From NCBI GenBank assembly GCA_964291285.2, contig OZ219785.1, positions 1,056,001 through 1,120,000 of the forward strand: 64,000 nt of DNA. The letters are read 5' to 3'. How positions within the stretch are numbered: position 1 is the stretch's first letter; every line of letters starts with the position of its first letter. Below, one piece after another: positions 59,511 to 64,000 of the stretch. The translations under genes and the position numbers were made by a program. Source of the DNA: Alphaproteobacteria bacterium (GTDB taxonomy: Bacteria; Pseudomonadota; Alphaproteobacteria; Bin95). Under the pieces are notes generated by a model. The model did no database searches and was not told where the DNA came from. It worked only from the letters and a program-made list of their open reading frames with translations.

Positions 59511-60553
59511 CGCCGCCAGCCCTCGAGGCTCTCCAGGGCGACGCCCTCGCCCTCGATGACCTCGCCGATGCGGAAGACCGTCTCGCCCGCCGCCTCGAAA
59601 GACGCCGCCAGCGCTTCCGCCCGCTCCGGCTCGACCGTGACGGTCATGCCGATGCCGCAGTTGAAGGTGCGCGCGAGCTCTTCCGGCGCGACATGGCCGG
59701 CGAGCCACGCGAAGACGGGCGGCAGCGGCCAGGCAGCGCAGTCGATCCGCATGGCGAGGCCCGGCGGCAGGCCGCGCGGCGGGTTCTCCACGAGGCCGCC
59801 GCCGGTGATGTGCGCCAGCGCCCGGACTCCTCCTTCGGCGAGCGCCGCTAGCACGGGGCGGACATAGATGCGCGTCGGCCGGAGCAGGGCCTCGCCGAGC
59901 GCGTCCTGCGAGAAGGGTGACAGGTCGCCGAGGTCGAGATCCTCCTGTTCGACGATGCGGCGGACGAGCGAGAAGCCGTTGGCGTGCAGGCCGTCCGAGG
60001 CGAGGCCCAGAACGACGTCTCCCGGCCGGGCGCCGGGATGTTCCATCCGTTCGCGCTCGACCGCGCCGACGGCGAAGCCCGCAAGATCGTAGCGGCCCGG
60101 CGGATAGAAGCCCGGCATTTCCGCCGTCTCGCCGCCGATGAGCGCGCAGCCCGCGGCTATGCAACCCTCGGCAACGCCTTCCACCACCGCTGCCGCCGCA
60201 TCCGCATCCAGGGCGCCGGTCGCGAAATAGTCGAGGAAGAACAGCGGCTCCGCCCCCTGTGCGGCGAGGTCGTTGACGCACATCGCCACCAGGTCGATGC
60301 CGACGCCGCGATGGCGGTCAAGCGCCTGGGCGATCTCCAGCTTGGTGCCGACCCCGTCGGTCGCGGCCACCAGCACCGGGTCCCGGAACCCGGCCGCGCG
60401 GAGGTCGAAGAAGCCGCCAAAGCCGCCGAGCTGCCCGTCCGCGCCCGTCCGCGCCGTCCGCGCCGCTGCCGGCGCGATCCGGCGCACCAGCGCCTCTCCG
60501 GCGTCTATATCGACGCCGGCCGCCTTGTATGTCGTGCCTTCCCTGCTCGCCAT
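59507..60553 (-). CDS. purM: Phosphoribosylformylglycinamidine cyclo-ligase
   Basis: [45 protein letters not shown]. Confidence 0.97.
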   Translation of the reverse strand: MASREGTTYKAAGVDIDAGEALVRRIAPAAARTARTGADGQLGGFGGFFDLRAAGFRDPVLVAATDGVGTKLEIAQALDRHRGVGIDLVAMCVNDLAAQGAEPLFFLDYFATGALDADAAAAVVEGVAEGCIAAGCALIGGETAEMPGFYPPGRYDLAGFAVGAVERERMEHPGARPGDVVLGLASDGLHANGFSLVRRIVEQEDLDLGDLSPFSQDALGEALLRPTRIYVRPVLAALAEGGVRALAHITGGGLVENPPRGLPPGLAMRIDCAAWPLPPVFAWLAGHVAPEELARTFNCGIGMTVTVEPERAEALAASFEAAGETVFRIGEVIEGEGVALESLEGWRR

Positions 60554-60610
60554 GTCACCTCGGGGGCGGTATAGTCCGGGCTGACAATATCCATCGGGCG
60601 AAGAGGCGCA

Positions 60611-61714
60611 ATGCGAGCGTTGTTCGGGCCGGCGGCGGCGATGATCCTCGCAGCGCTCGCGGTCCTGTTGCCGGGCGGGCCGGCCGCCGCGAAAACCGAT
60701 CTCTATACGGTGCAGGACATTTCCGTGGACGAGTCGGCGCCTTCCGCGGCCGAGGCCAAGCAGGCCGCCATGGCCGAAGCCCGGGCGGCGGCCCTGGATG
60801 CGCTGCTGCGGCGCCTGACGCTTCGCGAGGACCATGAGCGCCTGCCGGTCCCGGAACCCGAGGTCGTCGGGGCGGCGATGCGCACCGTGCAGGTGCTGGA
60901 GGAGCGCCAGTCGCCGGTGCGCTATATCGCGCGCGTCTCGGTCGGTTTCCATCCGGAGCCGGTGCGCGCGCTCCTGCGCGAGGCCGGCATCCCGTTCTCG
61001 GAGGCGGTGAGCGGGCGCGTGGCCGTCTTTCCCGTCTATGACTGGGGACCGCTGCGCCTCCTGTTCGAGGACGCCAATCCCTGGCGCGCGGCCTGGGCGC
61101 GGCGCCCGGCGGCGAACGAGCCGGTGCCGCTTGTGCTTCCGGCGGCCGGCGACCCGGCCATGCCGGCGGCGGACAGCGCGGCCGAGGGCGACCGCGCCCG
61201 CCTGTTGCAGGCTGCCGCACGCATCGGCGCCCGGCGCGCGCTGGTCGCCCATGCCGTCTATCGCCTCGAGGGGCAACGCACCCGCCCGGTGCTGGAGGTG
61301 ACGCTCAGGCGCTACGGAGCGGGTGAAGCGGCCGCTGCCGAGACGCTGCGCGTCGAAGGCCGGGCCGGGGAAACGGTCGGGAGCCTCTGTGTGCGCGCCG
61401 CAGCCCGGGCGGCGGCCGCGATCCAGGAGAGCTGGAAGCGCGCCAATCTGGTCGCGGCGGACGCACCCGCGAAGCCGTTCGAGGCAACGGCGCCGCTCGG
61501 CGGGCTCGGCGACCTCATCGCGGTGAAGGACGCACTCGCGGCAGCCGGCGGCGTGCATCGGCTCCGGCTGGCGGAACTGGCGCGCAGCCGGGCGGTGTTC
61601 CGGTTCCGGTTCGCGGGCGGTCCGGAACGCCTGCGCGGCGTGCTGGAGCGGCAGGGCCTTGCGCTCGAACGGGACGGCGGCAATGGCTGGACGCTCCGCG
61701 CGCTCGACCGCTGA
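60611..61714 (+). CDS. DUF2066-like periplasmic protein
   Basis: Signal peptide; [10 protein letters not shown]; position divergent from purM. Confidence 0.7.
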   Translation: MRALFGPAAAMILAALAVLLPGGPAAAKTDLYTVQDISVDESAPSAAEAKQAAMAEARAAALDALLRRLTLREDHERLPVPEPEVVGAAMRTVQVLEERQSPVRYIARVSVGFHPEPVRALLREAGIPFSEAVSGRVAVFPVYDWGPLRLLFEDANPWRAAWARRPAANEPVPLVLPAAGDPAMPAADSAAEGDRARLLQAAARIGARRALVAHAVYRLEGQRTRPVLEVTLRRYGAGEAAAAETLRVEGRAGETVGSLCVRAAARAAAAIQESWKRANLVAADAPAKPFEATAPLGGLGDLIAVKDALAAAGGVHRLRLAELARSRAVFRFRFAGGPERLRGVLERQGLALERDGGNGWTLRALDR

Positions 61715-61732
61715 GGCCGGCGCACCCCGACG

Positions 61733-62290
61733 ATGACCCTGCCCAACGCGATCACGCTCGCCCGCCTGCTGGCGGTACCCCTGGCCGTCTGGCTGGTGGT
61801 GCGCGGCTGGTACGAGGCGGCGCTCTGGCTGTTCCTGCTCGCCGGCCTTTCCGACGCCGTGGACGGCTGGCTGGCCCGCCGGCTCGGGCAGGTATCGCGT
61901 CTCGGCAGCCTGCTCGATCCCGTCGCCGACAAGGCGCTGCTGGTTTCGGTCTTCATCGCGCTCGGCGTTCGCGACCAGCTGCCCGCCTGGCTCGTGATCC
62001 TGGTGGTGTTCCGCGACGCGCTGATTATCTCCGGCTGGCTGCTCGGCCAGATGCTCATGCCGTCCGCCCAGCCGGTGCGGCCGCACTGGACGAGCAAGCT
62101 GAACACCTGCGTGCAGCTTGCCTTCGCCGCGGGCGTACTCGCCATGCTGGCCTGGCAGTTCCACATTCCGGTCGCCCTGGAAGCCGCCTGCGCCGTCGTC
62201 GCCGTGACGACCGCCGTATCCGGCGGGGTCTATGTCGTCACCTGGATGCGCGGCATGATGCGGCTCGAACGGGGAGGCGGTGCGGCATGA
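61733..62290 (+). CDS. CDP-alcohol phosphatidyltransferase
   Basis: [21 protein letters not shown]...G..LDPVADK. Confidence 0.93.
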   Translation: MTLPNAITLARLLAVPLAVWLVVRGWYEAALWLFLLAGLSDAVDGWLARRLGQVSRLGSLLDPVADKALLVSVFIALGVRDQLPAWLVILVVFRDALIISGWLLGQMLMPSAQPVRPHWTSKLNTCVQLAFAAGVLAMLAWQFHIPVALEAACAVVAVTTAVSGGVYVVTWMRGMMRLERGGGAA

Positions 62291-63351
62291 GTCCTGCGAA
62301 GCAGACCGGCGTCTGGCTTGTCGTCGCGCTTGCGGCGGTGCTCTTCCTCGCGCTCTTCCAGGACATATTGCTGCCCTTCGTCGCCGGCATCGCCATCGCC
62401 TATTTCCTCGACCCGCTGGTGGACCGGCTGGAGCGCCGCGGCGTCGGGCGGACGATTGGGGCCCTGCTCGTGCTCGCCGGATTCGCGGTGGCGAGCTTCG
62501 GCGTGCTGCTGCTGCTTCTGCCGGTGGTGAACGCCCAGCTCGGCGGTCTCGTCGCCGCCCTGCCCGGCTATATCGAAACCCTGGAGCAGGCCCTCTCGCG
62601 GGTGACCGCGCGGCTGCAGGCGGAGTTCTCGCCCGAGGACATGGAAGGCATCCGCCGGGCGCTGGCCGGCCATGTCGCAACCGCCGCCGGCTGGGCAGGC
62701 GAGATCGCCGGGCGTGTGCTGGGCAGCGGGCTGGCGCTCGTCAACCTGCTGGGCCTCGCGATCGTCACGCCCGTCGTCGCCTTCTACCTGTTGCGCGACT
62801 GGGACCGGATCGTCTCCGCCATGGACGGTCTGCTGCCGCGCCGGAGCGCGCCCGTCATCCGCAAGCAGGCGGCGCTGATCGACACGACGCTCGCCGGCTT
62901 CGTGCGAGGCCAGGCCACGGTCTGCATCCTGCTCGGCCTCGGCTACGGGTGCCTGCTGATGCTCGCTGGGCTCGATTTCGGCTTCATCGTCGGCATCTTC
63001 TCCGGCCTCGTCTCGTTCATCCCCTATGTCGGCAGCGTGCTGGGCGGGCTGATTTCTATCGGGCTGGCGCTCGACCAGTTCGAGTCGCTGTGGCGGGTGG
63101 GGCTGGTCGCCCTGATCTTCGTCGCCGGGCAGGCCGTCGAAGGCAACTACCTCACCCCGAAGCTGGTGGGCGACCGGGTGGGCCTGCATCCGGTCTGGGT
63201 GATCTTCGCGCTGTTCGCCGGCGGCTCGCTGCTCGGCTTCGTCGGCATGCTGGTCGCCCTGCCTGCCGCCGCCGCTATCGGGGTGCTGGCGCGCTTCGCC
63301 ATCGAGCAATACCGGGAGAGCCGCCTGTATGGCTCCGACGACGCCTCGTAA
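62287..63351 (+). CDS. AI-2E family transporter
   Basis: [38 protein letters not shown]. Confidence 0.93.
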   Translation: MSPAKQTGVWLVVALAAVLFLALFQDILLPFVAGIAIAYFLDPLVDRLERRGVGRTIGALLVLAGFAVASFGVLLLLLPVVNAQLGGLVAALPGYIETLEQALSRVTARLQAEFSPEDMEGIRRALAGHVATAAGWAGEIAGRVLGSGLALVNLLGLAIVTPVVAFYLLRDWDRIVSAMDGLLPRRSAPVIRKQAALIDTTLAGFVRGQATVCILLGLGYGCLLMLAGLDFGFIVGIFSGLVSFIPYVGSVLGGLISIGLALDQFESLWRVGLVALIFVAGQAVEGNYLTPKLVGDRVGLHPVWVIFALFAGGSLLGFVGMLVALPAAAAIGVLARFAIEQYRESRLYGSDDAS

Positions 63352-64000
63352 TCGACAACTCATACTGCATCTCGGCCACCGCGCCGCCATGGGTGCCGAG
63401 GACTTCCTGGTCGCCGACAGCAATGCCGAAGCGGTGTCGTGGATCGACCGCTGGCCCGACTGGCCGGCCCCGGCGCTGACGGTCTGGGGGCCGGCGGGGG
63501 CGGGCAAGACGCATCTCGCCCATGTCTGGCGCGCGAGGAGCGGCGCCGCGACGGTTCCGCCGGCAGCGCTGGCGGAAGCCAATCCCGTCAATCTGCTGGG
63601 CGGGCGCAAACATCTCGTCATCGACGGGGCGGACGGCGCGGTGGACGAGCTTGCCCTGCTGCATCTCTACAACCTGCTGGCGGGACGGGGCGGCTCGCTC
63701 CTGCTGACGGCGTCCGCGCCGCCCTCACGCTGGGAACTCAGGACCGCGGACCTCGCCTCGCGCCTCGCCGCCGGCCCGGCCGTCGCCATCCGCCCGCCCG
63801 ACGACCGCCTGCTCGAAGCCGTGCTCGCCAAGCAATTCGCCGACCGGCAGATCGAGATCGGCCAGGAGGTGCTCGACCTGCTGCTCCGGCGCATCGAGCG
63901 CAGTTTCGCCGCGGCGCGTCGTGCGGTAGATATTCTGGACCGCGCCGCACTGGCCGGCCGGCGACGCATCACGGCGAGTCTCGTGCGGGAACTGCTTGCC
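63329..64000 (+). CDS. hda: DnaA regulatory inactivator Hda/HdaA (runs off window edge)
   Basis: RQLILHL, DFLVADSN, WPDWP, GPAGAGKTHL, DLASRL, FADRQI. Confidence 0.88.
   Translation, partial: MAPTTPRNRQLILHLGHRAAMGAEDFLVADSNAEAVSWIDRWPDWPAPALTVWGPAGAGKTHLAHVWRARSGAATVPPAALAEANPVNLLGGRKHLVIDGADGAVDELALLHLYNLLAGRGGSLLLTASAPPSRWELRTADLASRLAAGPAVAIRPPDDRLLEAVLAKQFADRQIEIGQEVLDLLLRRIERSFAAARRAVDILDRAALAGRRRITASLVRELLA

Noticed and set aside
59507-62680. Very long ORFs in the track (e.g. 1057 aa here; also 18598-21003, 26823-29072, 29265-31583)
   Set aside because: These are shadow frames of GC-rich genes or spurious N-terminal extensions; only the motif-bearing portions were kept.

Overview
This is a very GC-rich bacterial chromosomal segment, almost certainly alphaproteobacterial given gcrA, cobN/cobW, DUF1489, an aa3 oxidase subunit IV-like gene and the purM/purN-DUF2066-CDP-alcohol transferase-AI-2E-hda arrangement. 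It mixes housekeeping genes (cobU-W-N-O-Q, cbiD/cobK, queA, purMN, epmA, sbmA/bacA, mccB) with many catabolic enzymes (acyl-CoA dehydrogenases, P450, Rieske oxygenase, hydantoinase A/B, amidohydrolase, luciferase-like monooxygenase, MBL lactonase). Accessory DNA includes one intact IS1634-family element, several families of palindromic REP-like repeats, three solitary AT-richer genes and many toxin-antitoxin parts. The most unusual signals are: (1) two divergent IS630-derived HTH-only genes with no catalytic domain, each behind a similarly built promoter overlapping a LexA-type box; (2) several antitoxins whose toxins are absent or visibly deleted; (3) a 780-bp element with no recognisable gene, 35-bp terminal inverted repeats and 10-bp-phased TGTCATG repeats that recur at 53.4 kb; (4) an in-frame epmA-VOC fusion. 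All calls come from reading sequence and motifs by eye; no database searches were run.
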